This document shows positions 48,156-58,870 of a stretch of 64,000 nt of DNA, piece after piece; positions within the stretch are counted from its first letter, which is position 1; each line of letters begins with the position of its first letter. The position numbers and the translations under genes are program-made. The DNA comes from Bacteroidales bacterium (GTDB taxonomy: Bacteria; Bacteroidota; Bacteroidia; Bacteroidales; UBA932): the NCBI GenBank assembly GCA_024402135.1, contig JAKSJN010000010.1, positions 6,074 through 70,073 on the forward strand, given 5' to 3'. Below the pieces are notes generated by a model. The model did not search any database, was not told the DNA's origin, and saw nothing but the letters and a program-made list of their open reading frames with translations.

Positions 48156-48821
48156 TTATCGTACTTTCTCGATTATGCTGAGCGCGTCTGCGCAGAGCTC
48201 GGTGATCCTGCTCCATTCTCCTGCAGCGATCACGTCCTTAGGAAAGAGGTTGGATCCCATGCCGACGCAGGTCACTCCCGCGCTGAACCATCCCTTGAGG
48301 TTCTCTTCCTCAGGTTTGACGCCTCCGGTCACCATGATCTTGCTCCATGGCATCGGAGCGCGCAGTCCCTTCACGAACTTTGGACCGAGGACATCGCCAG
48401 GGAATACCTTGCAGATGTCACATCCTGCCTCCTGGGCTGCGCCGACCTCTGATACAGTGCCGCATCCAGGGCAGTATGGGATGTTTCTGCGGTTGCATAC
48501 AGGTGCGATAGCCGGATTGAAGAGCGGGCCGACAACGAAGTTCGCTCCAAGCTGGATATACAGGGCAGCGGTCGCAGGATCCACTACGCTGCCGACGCCC
48601 ATGATCATGCCCGGGAGCTCCTTGTTTGCGTACTTGACAAGCTCGCCGAACACCTCGTGTGCGAAATCGCCGCGGTTGGTGAACTCGAAAGCGCGTACAC
48701 CGCCGTCATAGCAGGCCTTGAGCACTTTCTTTGCGGTTTCTGGGTCGCTGTGATAGAATACCGGAACCATGCCGGTCTCCTTCATGGTCGTTATGACCTG
48801 GATCTTATCGTATTTTGCCAT
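48156..48821 (-). CDS. eda: KDPG/KHG aldolase
   Basis: EFTNRG, GVGSV, KVFPG, MVTGGV. Confidence 0.93.
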   Translation of the reverse strand: MAKYDKIQVITTMKETGMVPVFYHSDPETAKKVLKACYDGGVRAFEFTNRGDFAHEVFGELVKYANKELPGMIMGVGSVVDPATAALYIQLGANFVVGPLFNPAIAPVCNRRNIPYCPGCGTVSEVGAAQEAGCDICKVFPGDVLGPKFVKGLRAPMPWSKIMVTGGVKPEEENLKGWFSAGVTCVGMGSNLFPKDVIAAGEWSRITELCADALSIIEKVR

Positions 48822-48832
48822 TGTTTTCGGGA

Positions 48833-49858
48833 TTATCTCTGGACACGTCCGTTTGCGCTTCCGCCGGCGAGAGCAAGGACCTCTGCCTCGCTTACATGGT
48901 TGAAGTCACCGTTGATGGTATGCTTGAGTGCTGAAGCGGCCACTGCGAATTCAAGAGCCGAAGCCTGGTCGCCAGGGTATTTGAGCATTCCGTGGATGAG
49001 ACCGCCGGAGAATGAGTCTCCACCTCCTACACGGTCGATGATAGGGTCGATGTCATATCTCTTGCTCTGGTAGAATTCCTTGCCGTCATATATGAGCGCC
49101 TTCCAGCCGTTGTGGGTCGCTGAGAACGACTCGCGCAGGGTAGAAACGACATACTTGAATCCGAACTGTTCCTTCATCTGCTTGAAGATTCCCTCGTATC
49201 CGGCAGCATTGGTGTCGCCGCCTTCTACGTCTGCATCAGGCTTGAAGCCGAGGCAGAGTTCTGCGTCTTCCTCGTTGCCGATGCATACGTCTACGTACTG
49301 CATAAGAGGGCGCATGATCGAGATTGCCTTCTCGGAGGTCCAGAGCTTCTTGCGGAAGTTGAGGTCTACAGATACGGTCACGCCATGTCGCTTTGCTGCC
49401 TCGCATGCAAGTTTGGTCAGTTCAGCAGCCTTGTCGGAGATGGCAGGGGTGATGCCTGACCAGTGGAACCAGGTTGCACCTTCCATGATTGCATCGAAGT
49501 CGAAGTCCTCTGCAGATGCCTCTGCAATCGACGAGTGAGCACGGTCATAGATGACCTTTGAAGGACGCATCGACGCGCCGGTCTCGCAGTAGTAGATTCC
49601 TACTCTGTCACCGCCGCGGGTGATATACTGTGTGTTCACGCCGTAGCGGCGCAATGAATTGACTGCGATCTGACCGATCTCGTGTGAAGGGAGCTTGGTC
49701 ACGAAGCATGCATCGTGTCCGTAGTTAGCGAGGCTGACTGCGACATTTGCCTCGCCGCCTCCGGGGATTATGCGGAATGACTCGCTCTGGACGAAGCGGT
49801 CGCATCCTTCCGGGCTGAGTCGGAGCATGATTTCTCCGAATGTGATAACCTTTGCCAT
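48833..49858 (-). CDS. kdgK: 2-dehydro-3-deoxygluconokinase (PfkB family)
   Basis: Start reassigned to [14 protein letters not shown]; [26 protein letters not shown]. Confidence 0.93.
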   Translation of the reverse strand: MAKVITFGEIMLRLSPEGCDRFVQSESFRIIPGGGEANVAVSLANYGHDACFVTKLPSHEIGQIAVNSLRRYGVNTQYITRGGDRVGIYYCETGASMRPSKVIYDRAHSSIAEASAEDFDFDAIMEGATWFHWSGITPAISDKAAELTKLACEAAKRHGVTVSVDLNFRKKLWTSEKAISIMRPLMQYVDVCIGNEEDAELCLGFKPDADVEGGDTNAAGYEGIFKQMKEQFGFKYVVSTLRESFSATHNGWKALIYDGKEFYQSKRYDIDPIIDRVGGGDSFSGGLIHGMLKYPGDQASALEFAVAASALKHTINGDFNHVSEAEVLALAGGSANGRVQR

Positions 49859-49868
49859 ATCTGTTCTG

Positions 49869-51311
49869 TTAGAATCCGAAATACTTGTCTGCGTTGTTGT
49901 AACTGATGTCGCTGACCATGCGGTGGATGGTATCCATCTCGCTGACCGGAAGCTTGCCGTTTGCAAGGTCCTCGCCGAGCAGGTTGCACAGGATTCTGCG
50001 GAAGTACTCGTGGCGTGGATATGAAAGGAAGCTGCGTGAATCGGTGAGCATGCCGACGAAACGGCTGATCAGGCCGAGCGCGCTGAGTGCATTCATCTGC
50101 TTGCGCATTCCGTCCTCCTGATCAAGGAACCACCAGCCGCTGCCGAGCTGCATCTTGCCTGGCACGGTTCCGTCGTTGAATGTATATGCCATGGTGGCAA
50201 GCACCTCATTGTCCTTAGGGTTGAGGCAGTAGAGGATGGTCTTTGCGAGCTTGTCCTCCATTGCGAGCTTGTCGAAGAATTTGTGTCCTGCCGCGGCTAC
50301 CTGTACATCGTGGATTGCATCGTAGCCCGTGTCCGGTCCGATGCTGAGGAACATCTTTGTGTTGTTGTTGCGGATCGCGCCGACGTGGAACTGCTGGGTC
50401 CATCCGGATGCTGCATCCATCCTTGCGAAGTCAAGCAGGATTGCGCTGCGGAACTTGAGCACGTCTTCGTCGCTTGGAACTATTCCGATGAGGGTGTTCT
50501 TGAAGATGCGGTCGATGTCTGCAAGGTCGAAATCCTCGGCGTAGAAGGTCTCCAGGCCATGGTCGCTGAGACGGCAGCCCATGCTCTCGAAGAAATCGTG
50601 GCGGATCTGGAGCGCGTCAAGAAGGTCTGCATAGTCGCGGATCTCCTTTCCTGAAACCTCGCTCAGCTTTGCGATATATGCCTTGTATGCGATCGGCTCC
50701 TCAATGGCCATTGCCTTGTCCGGACGCCAGGTAGGGAGGACCTTGGTACCGAATGGATTTTCGGCGATCTGCTTGTGGTATTCAAGGCTGTCGGCAGGGT
50801 CATCGGTTGTACAGACAACCTTGACATTGAAGCGTGTCATGAGAGCCTGGCCGCGGAACTCCTCGGTCTGGAGCATTTCTGTACACTGGTCGTAGATGCG
50901 TCTTGCATTCTCTGGCTTGAGCACCTCGTTGATGCCGAATACACGTGACAGCTCGAGATGCGTCCAATGGTACAGAGGGTTTCGCATCGTGTATGGCACA
51001 GTCTCGGCCCATTTCTCGAATTTCTCGTAGCTGCTGCGGTCACCGGTGATGAATTCCTCTGGAACGCCGTTGCCTCGCATAGCGCGCCATTTGTAGTGGT
51101 CGCCGCCAAGCCATACCTCGGTGAGATCCTTGAACTTGTAGTTCGATGCGATCATCGAAGGAATGAGATGACAGTGATAGTCGATGATAGGAAGGCCCTC
51201 AGCACTCTCGTGATAAAGCTCACGTGCGTATGAGTTGGTGAGCATGAAGTCTTCGTTGATGAAAGGCTTGCCGCCGGCAAGTGCCTTTTCAAGCTTGTCT
51301 TTAATGTCCAT
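49869..51311 (-). CDS. uxaC: Uronate isomerase
   Basis: IIDYHCHL, DHYKWRAMR, CTTDDP, GSGWWFLD, DSRSFLSYPRHEYFRR. Confidence 0.96.
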   Translation of the reverse strand: MDIKDKLEKALAGGKPFINEDFMLTNSYARELYHESAEGLPIIDYHCHLIPSMIASNYKFKDLTEVWLGGDHYKWRAMRGNGVPEEFITGDRSSYEKFEKWAETVPYTMRNPLYHWTHLELSRVFGINEVLKPENARRIYDQCTEMLQTEEFRGQALMTRFNVKVVCTTDDPADSLEYHKQIAENPFGTKVLPTWRPDKAMAIEEPIAYKAYIAKLSEVSGKEIRDYADLLDALQIRHDFFESMGCRLSDHGLETFYAEDFDLADIDRIFKNTLIGIVPSDEDVLKFRSAILLDFARMDAASGWTQQFHVGAIRNNNTKMFLSIGPDTGYDAIHDVQVAAAGHKFFDKLAMEDKLAKTILYCLNPKDNEVLATMAYTFNDGTVPGKMQLGSGWWFLDQEDGMRKQMNALSALGLISRFVGMLTDSRSFLSYPRHEYFRRILCNLLGEDLANGKLPVSEMDTIHRMVSDISYNNADKYFGF

Positions 51312-51377
51312 ATCGGTTTTCTTATGATGCAAATGTAATGTTTTTTACCGTATTATTTTTCAAATAATCAGCCTCTC

Positions 51378-51391
51378 CGTGAACGTTCACG
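51378..51391. promoter_or_regulatory. Perfect 14-bp palindrome CGTGAACGTTCACG, candidate LacI-type operator between divergent uxaC and uxaB
   Basis: Lies between the -7 boxes TACATTTG (minus, 51330-51337) and TATATTTG (plus, 51403-51410). Confidence 0.7.
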
Positions 51392-51459
51392 CTAAAATTA
51401 TCTATATTTGTCCTGCTTGCGTTCCGAGACCGGAGATTTAACGGAGCAAAGTATTGATT

Positions 51460-52899
51460 ATGGAGAATCTGAACAGACGCACGGTGCAGGCTCAGAGCCG
51501 CCCGGACAAGATCATCCAGTTCGGCGAAGGAAACTTCCTTCGTGCCTTTGTGGACTGGATCATATGGAACACCAACAAGGCTACGGATTTCAATGCCGGT
51601 GTCGTTGTTGTCCAGCCAATCGAAAAGGGCATGGTCGACGTGCTCAACAGTCAGGATGGCCTTTATCATGTCAATCTCCAGGGTATCGACAACGGAAAGC
51701 CTGTGGACAGCATCGAGATGATCGATGTGATCAACAGGGGAATCAATCCATATCGTGATTTTGATGACTATATCGCTCTGGCCGAGAATCCGGACATCCG
51801 CTTCGTGATTTCCAATACGACCGAGGCGGGCATAGCTTACGATCCGTCATGCAGGCTTGAGGACATGCCCGCAAGTTCATATCCCGGCAAGCTCGTCCAG
51901 CTCCTGTATCATAGGTATGAGTTCTTCAAGGGAGATGTTTCGAAAGGACTGATCATCTTCCCCTGTGAACTGATCTTCCTCAATGGAAAGGAACTCAAGA
52001 AATGCATATACCAGTATATCGATCTCTGGAACCTCGGAGAGGGCTTCAAGGCTTGGTTTGAACAGGCTTGCGGAGTATACTGTACCCTCGTGGACCGTAT
52101 TGTTCCGGGATACCCTCGCGACACCATCGGCCAGATTCTGGACCGTATCGGCATCGAGGACAAGATGGTCGTGAAGGCCGAAATCTTCCATCTTTGGGTG
52201 ATCGAGGCTCCAGAAGAGATCGCCGAAGAGTTCCCGGCTCCAAAGGCGGGGCTCAATGTGCTTTTCGTCCCTAGCGAGGCTCCATACCATGCACGCAAGG
52301 TTACCTTGCTGAATGGTCCTCATACCGTGTTGTCTCCTGTAGGATACCTCAGCGGACTCGACACCGTAAGGGAGTGTGTGGAGGATGAACTCATCGGAAA
52401 GTTCGTCCGCAAGGTGATGTTCGGGGAGCTTCTCGAGACTCTGGACCTTCCAAAGGCAGAACTCGAACAGTTTGCGAATGCAGTTCTGGAGCGTTTCGTG
52501 AATCCTTATGTGAAGCATTTCGTCACCAGCATCATGCTGAATTCGTTCCCTAAGTACAAGACCCGTGACCTGCCTGGTCTCAAGACCTATCTCGAGCGCA
52601 AGGGCAGCCTTCCGGAGGGTCTGGTGCTTGGCCTCGCGGCAATCATCACTTACTACAAGGGAGGAAAGCGCGGAGATGTCGAAATCATTCCGAATGATGA
52701 TGCCGCAATCATGGCCTTGCTGAAGGATCTATGGGCAAGCGGCGACTGCGCCAAGGTGGCGGAGGGAGTCCTGGCGGCTTCAGATCTCATCTGGGGCGAG
52801 AATCTCAACCTTATCCCTGGCCTGACCGCAGCAGTTACCGAGAAGCTCGAGCTTATTGCCGCAAAGGGTATGCGCGCGGCAGTGGAATCAATAATCTAG
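51460..52899 (+). CDS. uxaB: Tagaturonate (altronate) reductase
   Basis: IIQFGEGNFLRAF, SNTTEAGI, PCELI, LVDRIVPG, KVTLLNGPH, RFVNP. Confidence 0.95.
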   Translation: MENLNRRTVQAQSRPDKIIQFGEGNFLRAFVDWIIWNTNKATDFNAGVVVVQPIEKGMVDVLNSQDGLYHVNLQGIDNGKPVDSIEMIDVINRGINPYRDFDDYIALAENPDIRFVISNTTEAGIAYDPSCRLEDMPASSYPGKLVQLLYHRYEFFKGDVSKGLIIFPCELIFLNGKELKKCIYQYIDLWNLGEGFKAWFEQACGVYCTLVDRIVPGYPRDTIGQILDRIGIEDKMVVKAEIFHLWVIEAPEEIAEEFPAPKAGLNVLFVPSEAPYHARKVTLLNGPHTVLSPVGYLSGLDTVRECVEDELIGKFVRKVMFGELLETLDLPKAELEQFANAVLERFVNPYVKHFVTSIMLNSFPKYKTRDLPGLKTYLERKGSLPEGLVLGLAAIITYYKGGKRGDVEIIPNDDAAIMALLKDLWASGDCAKVAEGVLAASDLIWGENLNLIPGLTAAVTEKLELIAAKGMRAAVESII

Positions 52900-52900
52900 G

Positions 52901-54394
52901 ATGTCAACGTTCATAAAGATAAATGCCGCGGACAATGTCGCTGTTGCAGTCAATGACGCGGCAGTCGGCGATGTGTTCGAATGTGGCGGAGCCTGCATCA
53001 GTGCAGCTGCCCCGATTCCATCGGGTCACAAGATGGCATTGGAGCCGTTGAAGACCGGCGACAACGTCGTGAAATATGGTTTTCCTATCGGGCATGTCAT
53101 CGCAGACGTGCCTGCCGGAGGGCTGATAGACCACAGCAATCTCAAGACAAACCTGTCAGGACTGCTGGAGTACAGCTACGAGCCGGAATTGAAAGAAATC
53201 CCCGTCACTGAGAATCCGGCCATGTTCAAGGGTTATCGCCGTGCCGATGGACGTGTCGGCATAAGAAATTCGCTCTGGATCATCCCTACCGTGGGATGTG
53301 TGAACGGTGTCGTCCAGTCGATTGCCCGCGAGTTCGAGAAAGAGATAGCTGCGTATCCATGGATAGACAAGGTTGTGGCTTTCCCGCACAACTATGGCTG
53401 CTCCCAGCTTGGTGATGACCATGAGAACACCCGCAGGATACTGGCCGACATGGTGCATCATCCGAATGCCGCCGGAGTCCTTGTCGTGTCTCTCGGCTGT
53501 GAAAATAATCAGCTGGCGGCTTTCAAGGGGCTCGTCGGCGAAGTTGATGAGTCCCGTGTCAAGTTCTTTGTGAGCCAGGAGGTCCAGGGTGACGAGGTCG
53601 TTTATGGTCTTGACCTGCTGCGCCAGATCGCTTCGGCGGCGAAGGATGACCGTCGCGAAGATGTGCCTGCCAGTGAACTCAAGGTCGGCCTGAAATGCGG
53701 TGGATCGGATGGCTTTTCGGGCATTACAGCCAATCCGCTTCTTGGACGTTTTTCCGACTGGCTGGTCGCACAGGGCGGCACGACCGTATTGACAGAAGTG
53801 CCGGAGATGTTCGGTGCGGAGACCATTCTCATGTCCCGCTGTCAGGATGAGGATACTTTCAACAAGACGGTCTCGCTGATCAATGACTTCAAGGAATATT
53901 TCATGGAGAACAATCAGCCCGTATACGAGAATCCTTCTCCGGGCAACAAGGCCGGAGGCATATCGACCTTGGAGGAAAAGTCCCTTGGATGTACCCAGAA
54001 GGCCGGCAGCAGCATAGTCCGCGGAGTCCTGGGTTACGGCGAAAGGCTGTGCGAGAAGGGACTGAACCTGCTCAGTGCCCCGGGCAACGACCTTGTCGCG
54101 TCGACTGCTCTGGCTGCGTCCGGCTGTCAGATAGTGCTGTTCACCACGGGTCGCGGTACACCTTTCGGGACATTCGTACCTACTGCAAAGATATCGACCA
54201 ATTCCGCACTGGCCGCAAAGAAGCCGGGCTGGATAGATTTCAATGCAGGAAAAATCCTCGAGGCAGGGGATACCTCGAGGATCGATGAAGAATTTATCCG
54301 TTTTGTGCTGGGTGTAGCTGGAGGCGAACAGACCGGCAACGAGAAATCAGGCTATACCGAGATAGCAATCTTCAAGACCGGAGTGACGCTCTGA
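52901..54394 (+). CDS. uxaA: Altronate dehydratase
   Basis: N-terminal SAF (DNVAVA, GHKMA, KYG), GIRN, HNYGC, LKCGGSD, FTTGRGTP. Confidence 0.95.
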   Translation: MSTFIKINAADNVAVAVNDAAVGDVFECGGACISAAAPIPSGHKMALEPLKTGDNVVKYGFPIGHVIADVPAGGLIDHSNLKTNLSGLLEYSYEPELKEIPVTENPAMFKGYRRADGRVGIRNSLWIIPTVGCVNGVVQSIAREFEKEIAAYPWIDKVVAFPHNYGCSQLGDDHENTRRILADMVHHPNAAGVLVVSLGCENNQLAAFKGLVGEVDESRVKFFVSQEVQGDEVVYGLDLLRQIASAAKDDRREDVPASELKVGLKCGGSDGFSGITANPLLGRFSDWLVAQGGTTVLTEVPEMFGAETILMSRCQDEDTFNKTVSLINDFKEYFMENNQPVYENPSPGNKAGGISTLEEKSLGCTQKAGSSIVRGVLGYGERLCEKGLNLLSAPGNDLVASTALAASGCQIVLFTTGRGTPFGTFVPTAKISTNSALAAKKPGWIDFNAGKILEAGDTSRIDEEFIRFVLGVAGGEQTGNEKSGYTEIAIFKTGVTL

Positions 54395-54399
54395 CGCCG

Positions 54400-54855
54400 C
54401 TATGCATGTGCGGCGAAACGGGTCTCGGCGAGAGTCTCGTACTTGGTCCCGGGCCGGCCGTAATTGGCGTACGGATGGATGCTGATTCCACCGCGTGGAG
54501 TGAACAGTCCGGTGACCTCGATGTACTTTGGATCCATGAGCTTGATGAGATCCTTCATGATGATGTTCACGCAGTCCTCGTGGAAATCTCCGTGGTTGCG
54601 GAAACTGAAGAGATAGAGCTTGAGACTCTTGCTCTCCACCATTCTCTCGTCAGGAATGTAGCTGATGACAATCTCCGCGAAGTCCGGCTGGCCGGTGATA
54701 GGGCAGAGGCTGGTGAATTCCGGGCAGTTGAACTTTACCCAGTAGTCATTCTCTGGATGCTTGTTGGTGAATGTCTCCAGCACTTCCGGAGCATAGTCCA
54801 TACGGTATTCGGTCTTGCGGCCAAGCTGCTGAAGACCCTCGTTTTCTCTTGTCAT
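54400..54855 (-). CDS. queF: NADPH-dependent preQ0 reductase (short QueF)
   Basis: [37 protein letters not shown]. Confidence 0.96.
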   Translation of the reverse strand: MTRENEGLQQLGRKTEYRMDYAPEVLETFTNKHPENDYWVKFNCPEFTSLCPITGQPDFAEIVISYIPDERMVESKSLKLYLFSFRNHGDFHEDCVNIIMKDLIKLMDPKYIEVTGLFTPRGGISIHPYANYGRPGTKYETLAETRFAAHA

Positions 54856-55517
54856 TTCTTTTCTCTGATTGATAGATATTCATCCAGTCCTTTCTTTCTG
54901 AGCCTGCAGGAAGGACATTCTCCACAGCCGTCACCGACGACTCCATTGTAGCAGGTGATGGTTTTTTCACGTACCAGGTCGAATACGCCCAGTTCATCCG
55001 AGAGCGCCCAGACCTGGGCCTTGTCCTTCCACATGAGCGGTGTGTGGATTACGAACTGCTCTTCCATCGCAAGGTTTATGGTGACGTTCAGGCTCTTTAT
55101 GAAGTTGTCCCTGCAGTCGGGATATCCGCTGAAATCGGTCTGGGATACTCCAGTCACGATGTGACGTATGCCACGTTCGCGGGCGAATACCGCTGCGATG
55201 GAGATGAAGAACATGTTGCGTCCTGGAACGAACGTGTTCGGAAGTGAGTCCGACGGTTTTTCCTTGTCGACAGAGATGCTCATGTCGGTAAGGGAATTGT
55301 GCGACAGGCTGCTTATGAATCCTGCATCCATGCAGTGCCATTCCACACCGGCGTCTTCTGCGATCTCGCGGGCTATGTCAACTTCGTTGGCATGTCGCTG
55401 GCCATAACTGAAGGATAGGGCGATGACTTCCTTGAAGTTCTCCTTCGCCCAGAACAGGCATGTGGTGGAGTCCTGGCCTCCGCTGAATACCACAAGTGCT
55501 TTCTCGTCGTACTTCAT
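54852..55517 (-). CDS. queC: 7-cyano-7-deazaguanine synthase
   Basis: [34 protein letters not shown]. Confidence 0.96.
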   Translation of the reverse strand: MKYDEKALVVFSGGQDSTTCLFWAKENFKEVIALSFSYGQRHANEVDIAREIAEDAGVEWHCMDAGFISSLSHNSLTDMSISVDKEKPSDSLPNTFVPGRNMFFISIAAVFARERGIRHIVTGVSQTDFSGYPDCRDNFIKSLNVTINLAMEEQFVIHTPLMWKDKAQVWALSDELGVFDLVREKTITCYNGVVGDGCGECPSCRLRKKGLDEYLSIREKK

Positions 55518-55520
55518 GGC

Positions 55521-56210
55521 CTAGAGATCAAACAGTTTGAAAACATTGTACGATACTTTCTCGTCGTATACGTCCTCGTTCTCGACTTCCTTTACCTTCT
55601 TTACAATACGGATGGTAAGAGGCAGTATGACAATTTCGTAGGCTGTCTTGAGAATCACCTGGTATAGCATGAGCCATGGGAGTTCCTTCGCAGGAACGAT
55701 GCCGCCGAGGGCGAGAGGGAAGAAGATGATCGAATCCACGCACTCTCCGAACACCGAACTGAGTACGGCGCGGAGCGGGAAACGCTTCTCACGGTCGCGG
55801 AGCTTCATCTTGGACATGGTGATCGCATTGATGAATGATCCGCAGAGGAACGCTATGAATGAAGCGGCGGCGATACGGGGAGCAAGTCCGAACACGTTGT
55901 GGAAACCTTCCTGGTTCTCCCAATACTCTGCACCGGGCAGCCAGTCGCAGAAAGCACCTACCGTGACGAAGAAGAAGTTCATCGCGAAACCGAGCCAGAT
56001 CAGAAGACGGGTCCTCTTGTAGCCCCAGACTTCGCTGACGACGTCATTGATGATGTAGGAGATTGGAAATACGATCACGCCGGCAGTCTGGCTGTGACCG
56101 AAGAAGGCGATCTGCTTTGTCTCGAATACGTTTGCCGCGATAAGGCAGACGCAGAACAGTGTGCTCAAAAGCATAAACAGCACACTGACCTTTGGTGTGT
56201 CTTTTTTCAT
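55521..56210 (-). CDS. yhhQ: Queuosine precursor transporter (YhhQ/VUT family)
   Basis: ANVFETK, FPISYIINDVVSEVWG, RIAAASFIAF, ECVDSIIF. Confidence 0.9.
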   Translation of the reverse strand: MKKDTPKVSVLFMLLSTLFCVCLIAANVFETKQIAFFGHSQTAGVIVFPISYIINDVVSEVWGYKRTRLLIWLGFAMNFFFVTVGAFCDWLPGAEYWENQEGFHNVFGLAPRIAAASFIAFLCGSFINAITMSKMKLRDREKRFPLRAVLSSVFGECVDSIIFFPLALGGIVPAKELPWLMLYQVILKTAYEIVILPLTIRIVKKVKEVENEDVYDEKVSYNVFKLFDL

Positions 56211-56212
56211 TC

Positions 56213-56243
56213 CTTGTTTTTTAAGAGGTTACCAAGCACTCTT
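56213..56243 (-). ncRNA. preQ1 class I riboswitch
   Basis: AAGAG-UGCUUGGUAAC-CUCUU-AAAAAA-CAAG: 5-bp P1, loop ending GUAAC, A-rich tail, possible loop/tail pairing; directly upstream of yhhQ-queC-queF; -7 box TATCTTTG at 56271-56278. Confidence 0.88.
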
Positions 56244-56335
56244 CCGGTATGGTCCGGAATTTTTCGGCCGCAAAGATAGGAATTTTTCCATAAAAGCTGC
56301 GACTTTGTTATCTTAGTATGATTTTTTGCTAGACT

Positions 56336-57475
56336 ATGCTGGACCAGATCATATTGTTTCCCTATTGGCTTACCCTCAAGTTGAGGAACAGGATGTATAA
56401 CCGCGGCTTTATCCTTAAATCGCAGAAGGCGGAACTGCCTTCTATCTGCGTTGGAAACATAGCTGCGGGTGGCACAGGAAAGACTCCTCACGTGGAAATG
56501 ATAATACATATGCTTGCCGGAATTCCCGAGTGGTGCGGCAAGGACGTGGCTGTCCTGTCAAGGGGATACAAACGCAAGAGCAAGGGATTCCAACAGGTCA
56601 TGGAGGACGGCAGTGCCGCATTCTGTGGTGACGAGCCGCTCCAGATAAAGAGAAACTGTCCGACGGCCACCGTCGCTGTCCATAATGACAGGCTTGAAGG
56701 ATGCCGCATCCTGGCACACCCCGATCTTCTTTCCGATCCAAAGCATGCCCGTACAGTCGACAAGACCTTTCCCAGACCCGAGATAGTGATACTCGATGAC
56801 GCTTTCCAGCACAGGAAGATCTCGCCGGATGTCAACATCGTGCTGGTCGACTACAACCATATGCCAGACCGCGATCATCTCCTGCCTCTGGGGCGTCTCC
56901 GTGATCTTCCTGAGCGTTTGGGCGAAGCGGACATCCTGATTGTTTCCAAGTGCCCGGCATACATGACAGACGAGGAAAAGGTCGAGGCTGCGGCGCGTGC
57001 CGGGGTAAGGAACTATGACTGCTCGACCTGCGAAGGAGAGAGACGCAACGGGGCCCGCCAGAAACTGTTCTTCACCTTTATCGCCTATGAGAGTCCGCGT
57101 CCTGTCTTCGAAGGTGCGGATACAAGATACGTCTATTCAAAGAAGGCGATACTCTTTACAGGCATAGCGAAAGATACCCCGTTGCGCAGGTATCTAAGTG
57201 ACAGCTACAAGCTGGTCCGTACTTTTTCGTTCCCTGACCATCATGCATTCACCAAGGGCGACCTGCGCTCGATTGATTCTGCCATCAAGGCATGGCCTAC
57301 CGCGGCTGTTGCGACCACCCAGAAGGATGCCTGCCGTATGAGGGACTGCAAAAAAAATGTCTCCCCTGCATTGCAGGAGAGACTTTTCGAAGTTCCTATC
57401 AGGGTTGAGTTCCTGTCTCCGGAAGAGAAGTCGGAATTCAGGGAAACCCTTGCCGGGCTGCTTAGACGGTCATGA
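56336..57475 (+). CDS. lpxK: Tetraacyldisaccharide (lipid A) 4'-kinase
   Basis: VGNIAAGGTGKTP, LSRGY, GDEP, ILDDAFQH, LPLGRLR, FPDHH, TQKD. Confidence 0.93.
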   Translation: MLDQIILFPYWLTLKLRNRMYNRGFILKSQKAELPSICVGNIAAGGTGKTPHVEMIIHMLAGIPEWCGKDVAVLSRGYKRKSKGFQQVMEDGSAAFCGDEPLQIKRNCPTATVAVHNDRLEGCRILAHPDLLSDPKHARTVDKTFPRPEIVILDDAFQHRKISPDVNIVLVDYNHMPDRDHLLPLGRLRDLPERLGEADILIVSKCPAYMTDEEKVEAAARAGVRNYDCSTCEGERRNGARQKLFFTFIAYESPRPVFEGADTRYVYSKKAILFTGIAKDTPLRRYLSDSYKLVRTFSFPDHHAFTKGDLRSIDSAIKAWPTAAVATTQKDACRMRDCKKNVSPALQERLFEVPIRVEFLSPEEKSEFRETLAGLLRRS

Positions 57476-58031
57476 TTTCCTTTTCCTTTGCGGAAACGAT
57501 AGCATCGATGTTCTTGATCTTTGCGTCGGTGATCTTCTGAACCTCGTCCTCAGCCTCGCGCTCGGCATCCTCGCTGAGACCATCGTTCTTCATAGCCTTC
57601 TTGAGAGCGTCGATGGCGTCGCGTCTTGAGTTGCGTACGACTACCTTTGAGTTCTCACCGGCAGCCTTTGCCTTCTTGATGAGCTCCTTTCTTCTGTCCT
57701 CGGTAAGAGGTGGGATGGTGCAGCGGATCATTTCGCCGTTGTTCTGTGGGGTCATGCCCAGGTTGGCGTCGATGATTGCCTTCTCGATCTTTGCAATCAT
57801 GCTGCGCTCCCATGGCTGGATGGTAAGTGTCCTTGCGTCTGGAGCAGAAACTGAACCTACCTGTGGAACAGGGGTAGGTGATCCGTAGTAGTCAACCATT
57901 ACATTGTTGAATACTGAAGGGTTCGCCTTGCCTACGCGGTATGTCTTGAGGTCTTCCTCGAGGAAGCTCACAGCGTCCTGCATCTTTCCATCAGCAGTGC
58001 TTACGATTTCCTTTGCTTTGTCGGTCAACAT
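57462..58031 (-). CDS. frr: Ribosome recycling factor
   Basis: Start reassigned to MLTDKAK; RVGKANP, YYGSPTP, IQPWE, PPLTEDRR. Confidence 0.95.
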   Translation of the reverse strand: MLTDKAKEIVSTADGKMQDAVSFLEEDLKTYRVGKANPSVFNNVMVDYYGSPTPVPQVGSVSAPDARTLTIQPWERSMIAKIEKAIIDANLGMTPQNNGEMIRCTIPPLTEDRRKELIKKAKAAGENSKVVVRNSRRDAIDALKKAMKNDGLSEDAEREAEDEVQKITDAKIKNIDAIVSAKEKEIMTV

Positions 58032-58051
58032 GTGATATCTGTTTTTAAAGT

Positions 58052-58756
58052 TTATGCGTGTACAGTTGTTCCTACCTTCTCGCCGGCAAGAAGCTTCAGC
58101 AGATTGCCTTCGCCGTTCATGTCGAATACGATGATAGGGATGTTTCCACTCTCGCAAAGTGCGAATGCGGTCTGGTCCATTACCTTGAGCTTGTCTGCCA
58201 TTGCCTTTGCGAAGGTCAGCTCGTCATACTTGACAGCGGTCGGATCCTTCTCCGGATCGGCGGTATATACTCCATCGACGCGGGTGCCCTTGAGGAGTGC
58301 GTCAGCTCCGATCTCGAGGGCGCGGAGGGCTGCGCCGGAGTCAGTGGTGAAGAAAGGATTGCCGGTTCCGCCTGCGATGAGAGCGACACCTCCGCGCTCG
58401 ATGAGCTCGACGGCCTTTTCACGTACATAATAACGAGCGATAGGCTCCATCGGAGTAGCGGTGAATACTTCGGCCTCGACTCCTAGGGAACGGATGGCCA
58501 TTGCCAATCCCATCGAGTTGATCACGGTAGCAAGCATTCCCATCTTGTCGCCATTGACGCGGTCGAATCCCTTGCCTACGCCCTGCAGTCCACGGAAAAT
58601 GTTTCCGCCGCCGTTTACGATGGCAATCTGCATTCCGGCCTTGACAGCCTGGGCTACCTGGGCTGCCATAGCGTTCATGCTCGCAGCGTCGATTCCCTGT
58701 CCAGAAGGGCCTCCAAGGCTCTCTCCGCTGACTTTCAGCAATACTCTCTTATACAT
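58052..58756 (-). CDS. pyrH: Uridylate kinase
   Basis: RVLLKVSGE, GGGNIFRG, DKMGMLAT, GNPFFTTD, DGVYTADP. Confidence 0.96.
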   Translation of the reverse strand: MYKRVLLKVSGESLGGPSGQGIDAASMNAMAAQVAQAVKAGMQIAIVNGGGNIFRGLQGVGKGFDRVNGDKMGMLATVINSMGLAMAIRSLGVEAEVFTATPMEPIARYYVREKAVELIERGGVALIAGGTGNPFFTTDSGAALRALEIGADALLKGTRVDGVYTADPEKDPTAVKYDELTFAKAMADKLKVMDQTAFALCESGNIPIIVFDMNGEGNLLKLLAGEKVGTTVHA

Positions 58757-58870
58757 TTCAGAATGTGTTCTATGGTGATACACAAAAGTATTTGAAAATT
58801 ATGAAACTTGCAAGAAAGACTATATATTTGCACCTCGGATAGATTATAAAGTAAAAAAAACAATACACAA

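Noticed and set aside
54400-56210. Missing queD/queE as a novel salvage pathway
   Set aside because: queD/queE are often encoded at a separate locus in Bacteroidales, and this cannot be judged from one window
40125-57475. Overlapping convergent gene ends (hemW/aminopeptidase 4 bp; lpxK/frr 14 bp)
   Set aside because: Common in compact genomes, and nothing indicates a function
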